A DNA stretch of 64,000 nucleotides, from assembly GCA_001662655.1 (NCBI GenBank), contig KV460221.1; one strand, 5' to 3'. Numbering within the stretch: position 1 is the stretch's first letter; every line of letters starts with the position of its first letter. Position numbers and translations under genes: made by a program. Positions 1 to 12,203 of the stretch are shown here, piece by piece. A model generated the notes under the pieces. It was not told where the DNA came from. It saw only the letters and a program-made list of their open reading frames with translations, and made no database searches. Source of the DNA: Pseudogymnoascus verrucosus. Lineage: Eukaryota.

Positions 1-1006
1 AACCACCTTCTCATTTGCGAAATCCTCCGAGGAACCTTAAACTGCGGTGCTCGTATGTCGTATACGTCGCCCGCATCCAATTTCCACCGTGTTGCGCCAT
101 GTTACAGAGCCACGCCAACTTACCACGCCTTCATCATGAAGATGGAGTGAGATACCTGTATATCGCAATGGAGTGCCAATCCAATATTTCTGCGCCCGCA
201 CCCACACCGTTGTCGTACTCATCGGGTTCGACATGCCACATAGTGAACATACAGGGAACAGAGTGGAAGCTCCTCAACAGGGACCGGGTAACTATTGGAG
301 TACGATTATCAAGATTGTCCGTGCACTTATTTTCCGGCCGGCCTTTGTTCACTCATTTGGACGGGAACCCTGCAAGTGGCGATGCTCGTTGGAGGGCTAG
401 AATATAATACCGTCATTTATACCCCACTGATATGCCGTTAAAAGGTCCGAAAGGCGCCTCAGCCAACCAATGTGCGTCGCCGTTGGCTAGTCCAAAATGC
501 CGCCGTTAGACCAGCTGCTAACTATGGAGGTTGGCATGACTGTTTTTTGGGGATTCCTCCGCTTCTCCGATAGAATAGAGGGGTTCGGGGTTTGGAGCAT
601 GCCACGCAACGGCTGTATTTTGCCTTGCGCAAGTACTCCCAGCAATGCCGAGTTGGGTGAGCTGTGATCAACGGACAAACTCACTTGATGAGAGTAGCGA
701 TATGGAGCAAATTCTAGGTTGATCAGATCCTTAAATTGTTACTGAACCTCGTTGTAAAAGGGCTTTGAATTAATCCTATCCATAACGGCGCATAGGCCTT
801 TTGGTGTCGACGTCCTGCATCCAACGTGTAGTGCAACCCACAGCCTAGAGAGCCCACAAGACCTTGACGGCTTCCGCAGTCAAGTACAATGCCCTGTCCT
901 ATGATTCTCCGAGACACTTTTTCTACAAGAACTGAACCCACACCATGAGTAAAGTTATAAGCCAGGTCTGTCAGCCTGAGATATTAAGACAGAGAGTTCC
1001 ATTCCA

Positions 1007-1996
1007 TCAGCCGAGCGTTTGTAGCATACACCACATAAGTAGCGCAGAGATAGCTGTAGGAACCATAGACGGCAATGTCGAAGCTGCAGATGGTGAGTTG
1101 GCCTTGATCGCATCCGCTTCGACTTTGTCGTCATCTTCCCGTTTGCATTTAGTGATATCTGTGAGGACTTTCGGGCATGTCACCCGTTTATACTCGACAC
1201 TGTAATTCCACCGTTAGATTTCGCGGGACTGTCTAAACAGGCTGAAATAAGCACTCACTTTGGCCCCTCGGCATCGTTGAACCAGTCGAACCGCCACTGA
1301 CAGCCAGGCTTTAGTGCCGCGGGAAGGTTGTCGCAGTCAGCGCGATTTAATAAGCCCACATTTTTCGTACCAAACACAGAATCTGAGACGCTATATTCAA
1401 TACCGCATGCGCCAGCGTAGCTCGTGTTCCCGCCAGGTATCTGGTTTATGGTATTAGTAAGGTCGTAACTCACTCAATTTGGGGGAGAACGAGCAACATA
1501 CACCGAGAGTAAAGACATTCGCATTCGGGGAGTCGTAATTCGTGTTGGAGGCTTGCACAATCATCGACTTGCCCTTGACTGCCCCGCTGGTAAAGTTCAA
1601 TTGGTAGCAACTGCAGCACCAGCTGGACTCATCGCCGCCAACGAGGAAAGTGCCCACGAAACCGTAGGAGAACGTGTCATTGACGGCCCAAGGCGCGTTC
1701 GTCGGACATCCGAAAGCATGACCGCCATTGCAGCCTGTCCCTTGGGAATTATCTAGCAGCGGATTCTGATTGATATCGCATGACTGGACTGGAGACTTGT
1801 CGACGAAGCCTGCTTTGTCGGCCCAGCCGCAGGACGGTTTGCAGCAGTCCCAATACCGCGATGTTATCGCCGTGGAAGGTCCAAATAAATTCGACGTCGC
1901 TGCATCAGCACAGGAGAAAATGAGAGCAAAGAGGAAGACGGCGAAGGTGTGGCTTAGTGACCTTGATAGATTCGTCATGGCTAGGAGTGTGGGCAT
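1007..1996 (-). CDS. GH45 endoglucanase-like secreted protein, 3 exons, probable GPI-anchor tail, catalytic acid apparently substituted
   Basis: Signal peptide; GH45 motifs TSRYWDCCKPSCGW, CCSCYQLNFTSG, GKSMIVQ, LKPGCQWRFDWF, VTCP. Introns 1441-1501 and 1200-1258. Last exon ends ...SAASTLPSMVPTAISALLMWCMLQTLG*. Start may be the ATG at 1978. Confidence 0.9.
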
Positions 1997-3043
1997 TCTG
2001 GGGCTTCATGGGAGATGGAAGAAGTTTCTTCCTGGCAAAGGCACATGTTACCCTGTGAGAATTGGACAGTGCGCGCTGACAGTGCTGATAAGAGGCAGGG
2101 CGGCCGATAGTAGGATGGCCGGTGCTCGTAACAGGACCAGTAATTGAGTGGCAAAAGGATGACTAGAAAGAGGATGGCTGGTGCTCCTCTCCGCAGGAGA
2201 GTAGTAGGACAATTGCTGGGTCCTGCCGCACTTAACATTAGCAGATGAAGGGGCGGAGAGTGGAGAGCGCTTTACCCCGTGGTCAAATTATCCGGACGGT
2301 CCGCATGCCCGTCACCCCTTCACAATCCCTTCACTACCCCGCAAGGATCGGCATCGATCGGTACTTATGTGCAAGAGGCGTGTGCACAATTACCACGCTT
2401 TAAGGGGTTTTAGCGCCCGGCCATGGAATTCTTCGCAAGCTTCCTTCTATGCGGCCCGTTATTACGCGACTATTGTGCAGCGCAGTAAGCAGCCAGTAGC
2501 AGCCGGTGGACCCGAGCTTGACTCTTCCCGCAACTAAAATGGTGGAGTACCTCCGTATGTCAGTTACTGCCAGTGGACTACTGGTACTGGTGAGGCCAAG
2601 TCTGTTGAACCGTGGTCTGGTGGTATCCTTGGGTGAGGATGCTATGAAGACGACACCGCCCTGTAGTCATTCGTCGCCGCCCGGGCCCTTTTCCCCACAG
2701 TCTTGCCATGGGAGTCAAGCTGACGACAGGCCGACTCTGGTGAGTTTAACTATAGAGTAGTGCGAGTAGTGTGCCATTAGTTTCCCCCTCCTCGCTGACA
2801 TAGTGGTTTGGATAAGGCGGGGCGAGGCCTGCTTTTATATTAAACGCCACTATTTTCGCGACACGTGCAGCTCCACAGATTCGAATTTATCCAGAACATA
2901 TAACCAGACGATACCCATGTGTCCGATTCTTGTTCTTTCTTGGAGAGGATGGAACTTGACTTCCACGATATCGTCCAGACATTGCGAAACCCAATGCGTT
3001 GAATCCGAAATCTCGCCCTTCGTTCTGAGAGCGCAACTATGCG

Positions 3044-4323
3044 ATGCCGTCGTCGTACCCACTTCAGAATCTGTGCCTCGCGGTAATAGCAGGCACTCCC
3101 GCGATTGCCGGGTGCTTTGTCGGCCTGCGAATATATGCGCGGAGACGGGCTCGCATTGCTTTGGGATGGGGTATGTTAGATCGCTCGCCTGAGGAATTAC
3201 TGTACTGACGTTCAACTCCGCTTCCTAAAGACGATTACTTGGTCGTTCTTGCTCTAGTAAGTCTTTAAGTCCGGAGAATTGAAGTGACGTAATTAACTGT
3301 TTGTCAGCTATTCTCTTTCGGGCTGATCTACCCTTCAATTCGACGTACGATACCTCCCATATAAGATTGATATTTCAATTTACTAAATGCGCTTAGATGT
3401 CATTATCTGGCACGTCGGAATCCACATCTGGGATGTTGATCAGTACAACCTTGAACCAAACTATACCGAATACCACAAGGTAAAGATGCGGAAATTTACT
3501 TATGGGCTCTAATAAATGTATATTGACAGTTTATAGATCCTCATAGCATACAATTTGCTATATACGCCAATTCTACCTCTCGTCAAGGCGTCTATCATAT
3601 TCCTTCTTCTCAGGGCCGGATGGGTCGTCACCCCCATCAGAAGAACACTCTATGGCATTCTAGCCTTTGTTATTGGAGCCTGTCTCGGACCGTGGCTTGC
3701 TCTTATATTCCTGTGTCCGCCTCTAACTGGCGAAACGTCGGAGCCTACAGTATATGGAGGATTATCGTGTCTGACTCCAAAGCAAGGCGGTATTATCTAC
3801 GTCTTCCTAGTCACGGCCAACATGTTTACGGACCTCTTGATTCTGCCAATTCCAAGTCTGTTGGTATACAGGATACGAAACGCAAGTCTTCAGTCGCGAT
3901 TGACCGTCATATTTTCGTTCGCGCTCAGTTTAGGGTGAGCCGCTCTTTCCTATCACAGTCACGTTCACAGGAGTTTTTGCTAACACATAAATCAGGGTAA
4001 CCGCGATGGGCGCCATCAGGCTCAAGCTAAACTACCAAGGGATCCTCTATAAACATCACGAATCTGACTGGACCTATACTATCGTATATTGCCTTAGTCA
4101 CGCCGAAAACAACGTCGCGATCGTTATCGCCTGCATGCCGCCCCTCCGCAGTCTAATTCTCCGGTGGGCATCAAATAAAGACGAGGAAGCGCTTGTTCGA
4201 GACCAATCTGATACAATCAACCGGAGGATCTACGGGGAATCCTTCACTCTCCGGCCGATGTCGGCCACGGAGGATGCGAAAGACCAGTTTACGGGCACGT
4301 CAAAGCATAACGAAGGTTTCTGA
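3044..4323 (+). CDS. PTH11-like (fungal rhodopsin-domain) integral membrane protein without CFEM, multi-exon
   Basis: MPSSYPLQNLCLAVIAG...VGLRIYARRRARIALGWD, VKASIIFLLLR, NMFTDLLILPIP, AENNVAIVIACMPPLRSL are typical motifs; several GT-AG introns. Confidence 0.8.
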
Positions 4324-5986
4324 CAGCAAGCACGCATATAAGTTAAGCGGGACCGGAGTTACAGAGTACAATGATACCAATGTCGATGAGGAGTTATGGG
4401 GCCGCTGGTAGGCTGGTTGGTTGGTGGAGGTCTAGATGGAGGAGCATATATGGACGGTTTGGAGCTTTAAGGCCTATGATTTATGATTTTGTACGTCCGG
4501 AGCAAGAGAGATAGAAGAAAATGCATCCAGAATTACCACTCAATAAGTATAGTGCCTGATAGGACTACGAGTTGTCGCCGGCACAGTTCGTGTTATCGAT
4601 ATGTATAGAACTCCCTTCTACGCGCCCAGCGTGGAACACTTCCTTTCCGCAGCCCCCCGCACTACCAAAAAGCAGACGTAGAAAACAGCCACCGCACATT
4701 CAATGCACAAGGTGAAGTTATGCAGCCTCGGCAATGTCGTCGAGTGAGGCGGCTTAGATGTCTTCAACAAATCCGTAGTCGTTTTCAGATAGAGCGACTG
4801 ACAGCCACTACTACAAGAGAATCCACCAATTAACTATCTGACAGCCCGACAGCGGCAGCAACAGCACTTTTTCAGTCGACGCTAGAAACAAAAACCAATA
4901 GCGGGGCAGTGGGCGCTGGACTAGCATACTCTAGCGTTTGAACTACTGTACCGCACTTGTACAAGTGTGCTGAGGCACAAAGTCGGTTACTGAGGACGGC
5001 GGCGGTGAAGCCTGGACACAGGCTGTATATAATCGCTGTACTCCCCCTAGCCTTCTCAACCAAGCCGTCAAACTCCAAATTATGTGACAACAGGTTATGA
5101 CCCGGAACAGGCTATGAGCAAAAGCAGAACGAGGCCACACGATGTGTGCCGACACATAATTGGCGGCTTCCCTCATAGCTCTCCAAGGAGAGAGTAGCTA
5201 TGTTGTATAGACGGGCGCACGACTAGGTCGCATTTGGAGCACCGGAGCAACGTCGCCGTCGCGGAACGCCACCTCAAACCGAGCAACGCACAATGGGACA
5301 CAGCACTGCTGGCATATGCGGAGCAAGATTAGCGGGCGGCTACTTCGAACCGGAAGCTAGGAAATGATACTGCTGAGTATCGGGATACTGTCGGAACTTC
5401 AGTCATGTTAATTGCACCTCTGAACTGGACCTCAAGGAACGAGGCCGAGCCTGGACAGCCAGCTTGATTCGACACCGGAAGAGTGCGCACATACGGATGC
5501 GCACATATTGGGTGTGCAATTGCGGGTAGCAATTGCGGGTAGCGACGCGGGATATATTGTGAGACGTTGGACTCGGGGTACAGGAAGGCAGAGACTTGGA
5601 TATCAAGGAAAATGGAAGAAGGGTCGCCATTACAGAGACAAACATTGCACCGCGTGCATGTTGGGGCTTGGTGTGTAGAGTACGACTGCGGTCGTGATAG
5701 TGCGCTTCACTGTGGAACTACATACTGGTTGTTGAAAGGGCCCCTTTTTTTTTTTTTTAAGTCGTCAAACTCCAAAATTGTGCCACACATGCAAAGCGTG
5801 AAATGCCATCGTGACTGTTTATCAAATGCATCGATGCAAACGTCCAGTGACTTCGTTGATTGTGACCTTTGTCCTCTGTATGTCAAAGGCTATGGATAAC
5901 TCGAAATTATATGTAACGTCTAAATTACTAATACAGAAGACCTTTTGAGTAGCAGCCGTGACAGGTTATACTCAGATCGAGGCGAG

Positions 5987-7749
5987 TCAACATACACTCC
6001 GATGAACGCCGCCATCCATATCGTTACCCTTGTCACCGCCATCACCCTGCTTCCCCACCCTCCCATGAGCACCCTCCATAGTCTGCCGAGCCCGAAGAAG
6101 CTTCAAATCCATCTCATCGTTCTCAAGCAGAATCTGCGTGACAGAGCACAGATCCGCAATAAGCCGATCTAGCAGATCGAAGCTCATCGACTCTCGTACC
6201 ACCACTCTCAGGATCTCGGTCTTTTCCTCGCCAGGGGGGAGAGCGTAGTTAGGGATGATGTACTGTCTCGCACGCATCAGCTGAGACACGGACTCCTGCT
6301 TCACGTGGGGGTAGTCTTTCTTGAATGCATCCGAGAAGCAGAATGCCACGACAGGGAGACCGGCGTTATAGGCGGCGGAGGTTGGGTTGTCCGTAGTCGC
6401 GAATGCCCCTCCATCTTCGTCATTGTAGTCATGCACGCCTTTCTGGCGGTGGATATCAGACAAACACACGTACCAACCCGTAGCTTCGAGGCTCTTCGAC
6501 AGAAGCCTAGCGTTCGCGAGGCAGTTCTCCATTATCAAGCGATAGCCACTGAATCCAAGGTGTATGAGATTGAAATACTGCCCAATGACCTGGGCGCCTG
6601 GCCGGGAGAAATTCAGTGTGAATGACTCTTCGGTCCCGCCCAGATAATGGAGCTCAAATATCAAATGCTTGGGGAGGTACGACTCGTCGCGCCAGATTAT
6701 CCAGCCAACTCCAGCGTAGACGAGACCAAACTTGTGTCCGGAGGTGTTGATTGACTTTACGCGTGGCAGGTCAAAGTTCCACTTTGGGCCTCCGGCTCCA
6801 GCATGTGTGAACGGAGCTACAAAGCCACCGCTCGCGGCATCGACATGAATGGGAATGTCGACTCCGGATTTTTGCTGATATTCGTCAAGGATATTGGAGA
6901 TTTCCTCCACGGGCTCATAGTGACCCGTGTATGTGCTTCCAAGTATAACAAAGACTCCAATGGTATTTTCATCGATGTGTTCTTTCACTAGGTCAGGATC
7001 CAGCCTGTAGTTACTCCTTTTGGATACTGGTAGAATCCGTGCTTCGACGTCGAAATACCGGGCGAATTTTTCCAATGCAACTTGAGCATTGGCTCCCATA
7101 ATGATGTTCGGTTTGCTGCTGTCTTTCCCCTCCTCCTTTCTCTTTTCTTGCCATCGCCGCTTCATAGCGAGTCCGCCCAAATGAATGGCCTCTGATGAAC
7201 CAGTTGTTGCCGATCCAATCGGTTTCTCGTCTTTCTTCGCGCCCCAGAAGTCGGCGATAATGCTGACGCAGCGAGTATGCATGGTCATTAGAGCAGGATA
7301 TTCGTCGGAATCGGCCATATTCTTGGAGATATTTTCAATCATCAATTGCTCGGCCCGGGATTCCATGAATGTTCCAACGAAGCTGAGAACCTCTTGTCAG
7401 TATTTGTCTGCGGCGGGATTGATAAGTGTTATAACATACCTTGCCAAGTTCAGATTTGGTTTCCCATCTAGATCAAGTTCATCCTTGAGAATCTGGTAGA
7501 CAGCATCGGCTGGCGCTCCCTGCTGCGGGATTTGGAACTTGGGAATGTCTGACCGGCTTGCATATCGTGTCGAATATGGAGTTATGTGGGACGTGCCGCC
7601 ATTGGTATGGACATGACGTTTCCCAGCTTCAGCCATGTGCATTCCATGGAGGCGCTGGACGATCTCGTCCGAGTCAACCTATATGGGAGGTTAACAATCA
7701 AATCCAAGACTCGTCAGCGTGATCTTACATGTCTCGCAAGGCCAACCAT
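5987..7749 (-). CDS. GAD1: Glutamate decarboxylase (PLP-dependent)
   Basis: LDGKPNLNLA, GSATTGSSEAIHLGGLAMK, HVDAASGGF, PLP-lysine motif SINTSGHKFG. First exon MVGLARH starts at 7749; two introns. Confidence 0.95.
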
Positions 7750-8701
7750 ACTGAACTGGATTTTAAGGGTCTTGCTAAAAAAAGTTATTGGGTGGAAGGG
7801 TCTCCTAGTAGACTAAGGGAAGCTGATTGATACCGAGGAAAGTAGATATACAGCCCACGGCCAAACCAAGTACTCCAAATATGACGACAAAGTATCCGCG
7901 CATTTGGCATTTGGCATCATCATCGTTGAAAGTTGTAGTTCATCACAGCAACTTCGACATTGTTTACTTTCACATGGTCACATTCATAGCTTACCTGAAG
8001 ACAGCCATTAGTAGCCATGACCTACCTTTATTACCGCAAAACCATGCCCGTACCTTTCACAATACCTTCATGAACCGTTTGTTCTCTCTTAGTTCGTCAC
8101 GACGTCATATAAATTGACTTAATGCCAAGAAAGCTTGACTTTCATTTGCTGAAAATGCGATCACGTGATATAATGCACGGACACTAAAACCGGCCCTCAG
8201 AAAGGTGAGATGAGGGGAACAGCGACGAAGCTGTAGCCAATCAGGAAAGATAAAGCTAATAGGTGATGACGACGACGACGACGACACCACCAGCATCTCC
8301 GTCTTGAGGTACACAATCCGCTATACGCGAGAAAAAAGAAGCTCTATGCAGGAGAAGTAAACCACATGTCGCTTGTGAGATAGGTATGAGGAGAAAGGAC
8401 TGTACTAATTGGTGGAATGCCTTATGTTGTAGGTGCAAAAAAAAAGATAAATCGCAGCGGCTATATGATAAAAGTGATATTTATCTCGAAGAGACCGGGG
8501 ACTTCGAACTATCTGAGATGGACCTCGCCGCGTGTCCTCGGTTGTCACACCACTCGAATCCCTGAACCCCCTGGCGTCTATGTGCTAGCAGGTAATAATA
8601 CGCCATAATAACCCAGATTATATGATATCAGACACCCCTCTTCTCTTTCCTCTCTCTCCCCGATGTATCCCATCCCTTGATATATTTGATATATCATCAA
8701 G

Positions 8702-10380
8702 ATGAAGCTCATCAACATCCTTCCGCTTGTCGCTATATCTGCGGCCTTCGTTCTCCCTGAGGAGACCGAGGTTGGACAGCAAAAATTTGTGCCCAAGAAG
8801 TCAAAGACCTTCTTTGAGAGAATTTCTAGTAGTTTTGGAGACCGCTATCAGAAGAGCATCAGCCTTACCGAGAATGCTCTTGATGAAGCCATATCAGTGG
8901 CAGAAAGCCTAGCCAAAAAAGCTAAGGGATACAGCCTGTCCACATATGAGGCGTTCGATGCCGAGGCGTGGATCGACTCTGCTTCCGACGTCGTCGACGA
9001 GATCAATCCTTTCATGGTAGGAGATCATCCTCGTCACCCTGGTCATCCAGACCGCCCACATCGTCCGCATCGCCCAGATCATCCAGATCGTCCGGACCGC
9101 CCAGATCGTCCAGACCATCCGGATCACCCGGATCACCCAGACCACCCAGACCACCCTGATCATCCAGATCATCCAGACCACCCCGATCACCCGCCTCACC
9201 CACCTCACCCACCACATCCACCCCATCCCCCTCGTCCCCCTCATCCTCCTCACCATAAGAAGCCTCATCATGGCCACGGCAAGCCGAACCGTACGATATA
9301 TGAGCAAATCTCCAGCAGCAAGTTCACGACGGAACTGACCAAGATCATCAACCAGTTTGACGACCTTGTCCAGCTCCTCAACAGCACGGAGGCCAACTAC
9401 ACGATCTTTGCGCCAACGAATGATGCATTCAAGCATCTCCCTGGTTTTCATAAGAAGCCTAGCAAGGAGATCATCAAGGCAATCTTGGAGTACCACCTTT
9501 CGCCCGACCTCTACCCCCTCCGGAGGCTGCTGCTCAGCCACACAGTCCCAACGTCCTTGAAGGAAGATGGACTCGGTGGAAACGCTCAGAGGTTGCGGAT
9601 TGGACTTGGCCTACGTGGGCTAAATGTTAACTTTGTCACCCACTTCAAAGCGGTCAATATCGTAAGTTAATCCCCCCATTCGAATTTTACTCGCGTACTA
9701 ACCACCCCGTCTAGGGTGCAACCAACGGCATAATCCATGCCATCGATCACATCCTCCTCCCTCCTCCCTCCATCCTAACCATCCTATCTCACCTCCCTGG
9801 CCAATTCTCTACCCTCCAACTCGCTCTCACCAAAACAGGGCTGGCATCTGATATCGCGAAAGCCCACACCACCGGCGCCACATTCTTCGCGCCAGATAAC
9901 CGTGGCTTCCAGATTCTTGGGCCGAAGGTTCTTGCCTTTCTCTTTAGCCCTCGTGGAGAGAGCTACCTTAAGGCGCTGCTGAAGTATCACATCGTTGCCA
10001 ACCAGACGCTGTACTCTGACGCGTTCTACCACTCCAAGAAATATATTCCTGTCGGAGTTCCTCTGCATGTCGATCTGCCGACGTTGTTGGAGGGAAAGAG
10101 TCTCGGAATTGATATTGCACGTTTTGGGCGCTTAATTAATGTGAGAATTAATGGGTATACTGACGTCGCTGTCCAGGACGGAATTGCCCGTAATGGCGTC
10201 TTGCAGATTCCCCGCCATGTATTGATTCCACCGAAGCCTCCTGGGGACTATGAGGTGGAGGTGGAGGCCGAGGCCGGAGATATGACTGTGGAGGACTTCA
10301 CAAGTCGCTTTGGTGACTTGGTGGACGAGTCTCTAGAAAAGGAGAATAAAGCCAGGAAGGCCGCTTGGTGGGAGCTGTAG
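8702..10380 (+). CDS. Secreted fasciclin (FAS1)-domain protein with His/Pro/Asp-rich repeat, 2 exons
   Basis: Signal peptide; FAS1 motifs YTIFAPTNDAF, ATNGIIHAIDHILLP, TFFAPDN, ARNGVLQIPRHVLIP; intron ~9662-9714. Confidence 0.9.
9023..9280 (+). repeat. Coding 9-bp-period repeat encoding (R/H)PD then HPP triplets
   Basis: DHPRHPGHPDRPHRPHRPDHPDRPDRPDRPDHPDHPD...HPPHPPHPP in the ORF translation. Confidence 0.95.
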
Positions 10381-10863
10381 CCTCGGTTCGTAAAAATATT
10401 GTGCTTGGATTTCTACTATTTATATCAACGACGAATGAGTGGAACTCACTGACTAGGATATTTTTATTTCTTGGTTTGAACTGGAAATTATTGGATACAC
10501 GTTCATTTTAGCGTCGAGAGCAAGGGCTTAGTAAACCAAAATACACGTTTTCACCTTCTGTTGTGTTCCTGTTCCCATTATATTGTGACAATAAATCCTT
10601 CCTTCCATGCTGCGATGAGAACACCATCGCACCGTCCCTGGTGTGCTAGTACGTGGCTTGCCAATAGCTCCATTCTTTATTTAAACTAGGGCGGCTCACC
10701 TGAGCTTTCGGTTTAAAGGATTAACAATAGACCTGTATAAATAAAATATGTCAACAGAATTAAAGCTAAAGTAATTTTTATTTATAATTCTCTCGATCAT
10801 TTATATCATGATGTATCTCTTGCTCCTATTGGTTTCGGTGTGTTACCTTATATAAATTATAAA

Positions 10864-11189
10864 CAGTGTTCGGCACAGATCGTAGATGACCCGACCTGAT
10901 CCGGATCATGATCCGGATCTATCCTATCCGTCATAATTTTGGCGTATCCGTGAGATCCGAGGATAGATCCGGATCATACGGATATTGCCAAGAATAGCCA
11001 AGAATAGCCAAGGCTGCATAATAAATGTATAATTAATTCTAGCAAAGACGCTTTATATGTATATATTTTAAGCCTCATTTTTTAAGAGATCCGGATCTGA
11101 TCCGGATATATCCGTTAGATATTAGACGGATCATGATCTGACCCGTGAGGGCTACGGATCAGATCCGGATCACGATCTGCCGAACACTG
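10864..11189. mobile_element. Non-autonomous hAT-type DNA transposon (MITE), 326 bp
   Basis: Terminal inverted repeat CAGTGTTCGGCA...TGCCGAACACTG (extends through GATCGT with a 2-bp indel); exact 8-bp TSD ATTATAAA at 10856-10863 and 11190-11197; many subterminal GATCCGGATC motifs; no ORF. Confidence 0.9.
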
Positions 11190-12203
11190 ATTATAAACCA
11201 GAATCTGCAATGAAGACGTCTGGGGAAGGAAAATTCAAGCCCAAGTTACATCTTTGGCATAATGTCACACATGAATTTGATGTTGTGAGAAAACCACAAG
11301 GCGATCATAAAATGTCGAGCAAGGCAACGTGCCATTAAAAGTATGGCGAATATTTTTTAATATGGAGCAGGCGTATTTGTGTTATTTATTATAAGGTAGA
11401 AGTATTCTATTGGAAATTAGAAAACAATAGCTTCTTCTACGATGTCTTGAAGGACAAGACCTAGAAGTGCATGATATTTATTTTTCACGCCTAGACTGCT
11501 ATACACCATATGAGCAATTATTATTGAGCTACAATACACCGCTAAAAGGTATGCTTGTCTAGTAATAATAGTCGCTTCTTTTATACATCGCTACGGATGC
11601 GTGGAATGGCAGAAGGCACGCATCCTTGTCGAGTCAACCCAGCTATCATGATGTCACGAAGGATTCTCGTGGTGGTGAAGATAACGAAAACAGGCGCCCC
11701 TCAAACTTAGGAAATAGGGCAGTCGCCCATTTGTTACCAACCTATCTCACATGACGCCGGTGGCATTTTTTCTTTGGACGACGGACTTAAGGAACTGTTG
11801 CCGTGAAAGAAATCATTTTCACGTCGGCATAGAATCTGACAGATAGATCTACAATGGGCCCATCATCGTGTTTGGCACAAACCATCTATCCAAAAAGTCC
11901 AACCCGCGTAGGCACAAATGTGGAATGTGGGGATTGTCTACGGGGGGGGTTGGTTGCTGTTATGATCAAGGATTTTTGTGCCTACTCAATCTAAGCCTCG
12001 AAACAGGAGTTTGGTTTGGTAAATACCTTTCAACAATTATACCATTTATTATCCTATCCTAAATATACCGTATGTAATAACCTCTGAGTCAACCAACTGC
12101 CACAAGTAACAATCACGGCATCCTAGAAAGTTCCCTTGACGGAGGATAATACGATGAATCCGTTGTCCAGCTCGGTCGTAAAGCTACCTTACTTGAATAC
12201 TTC

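Noticed and set aside
15..407. Possible 3' end of a gene entering the window
   Set aside because: No recognisable motif; cannot be supported without upstream sequence.
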